DNA from: a virus | Taxonomy: Duplodnaviria > Caudoviricetes | Virus record (IMG/VR): IMGVR_UViG_3300021376_000006 | DNA: 64,000 nt | Strand: one strand, 5' to 3' | In this document: in pieces, positions 63,839 to 64,000 of the stretch | Layout of the letters: every line of letters starts with the position of its first letter | Position numbering within the stretch: position 1 is the stretch's first letter | Made by a program: the position numbers and the translations under genes | The notes under the pieces: model-generated | What the model saw: the letters and a program-made list of their open reading frames with translations, nothing else | Databases searched by the model: none | Told to the model about the DNA's origin: nothing

Positions 63839-64000
63839 CTTTGTTGTCCTGTGGTCCGGCAATCATTCGACCACGGTCCCGGCTCTGTATGTTTTGTGGC
63901 GTATGCTCACGCCGACCTTTGACAATTTCAAAAGCTCTACGCAATCCCTTCGCAACCACGTCTAAGCTATCTTCATCGGCTTGATACTTGATACCAATTC
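63828..64000 (-). CDS. 3' end of a CDS entering from the right (possibly HAD 5'-deoxyribonucleotidase-like)
   Basis: IGIKYQADEDSLDVV...DNKDAS*. Confidence 0.45.
   Translation of the reverse strand, partial: IGIKYQADEDSLDVVAKGLRRAFEIVKGRREHTPQNIQSRDRGRMIAGPQDNKDAS

Noticed and set aside
1-64000. Stop-codon reassignment (TAG to amino acid), suggested by the CTA tRNA
   Set aside because: Long conserved genes are uninterrupted under the standard code, and several genes end at TAG with the next gene correctly spaced.
1-64000. CRISPR array, integrase/att site or transposon
   Set aside because: No regularly spaced direct repeats and no recombinase or transposase motifs seen. The clamped cassettes are inverted repeats with non-identical arms.

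Overview
A 64-kb, AT-rich, almost entirely minus-strand segment of a large T4-like (myovirus-type) phage genome. It has T4-style TATAAATA late promoters, gp9/gp10-like tail-fibre N-termini and capsid-targeting-like N-termini. The host-derived genes (PqqA, ErpA, zf-CHCC, the tmRNA tag) point to a betaproteobacterial host; this is inference. Layout: (i) 1-4.9 kb tail/virion genes. (ii) 4.9-11.7 kb ErpA, SOD, acetyltransferase, IF-1, a phosphoesterase and small ORFs. (iii) 11.76-24.4 kb an array of 28 tRNA/tRNA-like genes covering all amino acids except Thr, interleaved with stem-clamped candidate ncRNAs and with oxygenase/radical-SAM genes. The array is headed at 24.8-25.0 kb by an apparent leader-peptide transcription attenuator. 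(iv) 25-37.6 kb a PQQ precursor peptide gene (pqqA, missed by the ORF track), a PHP-less DnaE, an amber-anticodon tRNA-like gene, Pho-boxed pstS, DNA ligase, a circularly permuted two-piece tmRNA and a BI-1 protein. (v) 37.7-44.2 kb small early ORFs and Pal. (vi) 44-50 kb radical SAM, tail collar protein and a modular putative head protein. (vii) 50.3-59.4 kb a dense auxiliary-metabolic island (PaaA, PsiE, DoxX, cytochrome c, Coq7, Nth, FMN hydroxy-acid oxidase, class II aldolase, NAD-formate dehydrogenase). (viii) 59.4-64 kb putative capsid-packaged effectors (kinase-like, amidoligase-like, HExxH). All protein-family calls are by motif recognition; no database search was run.
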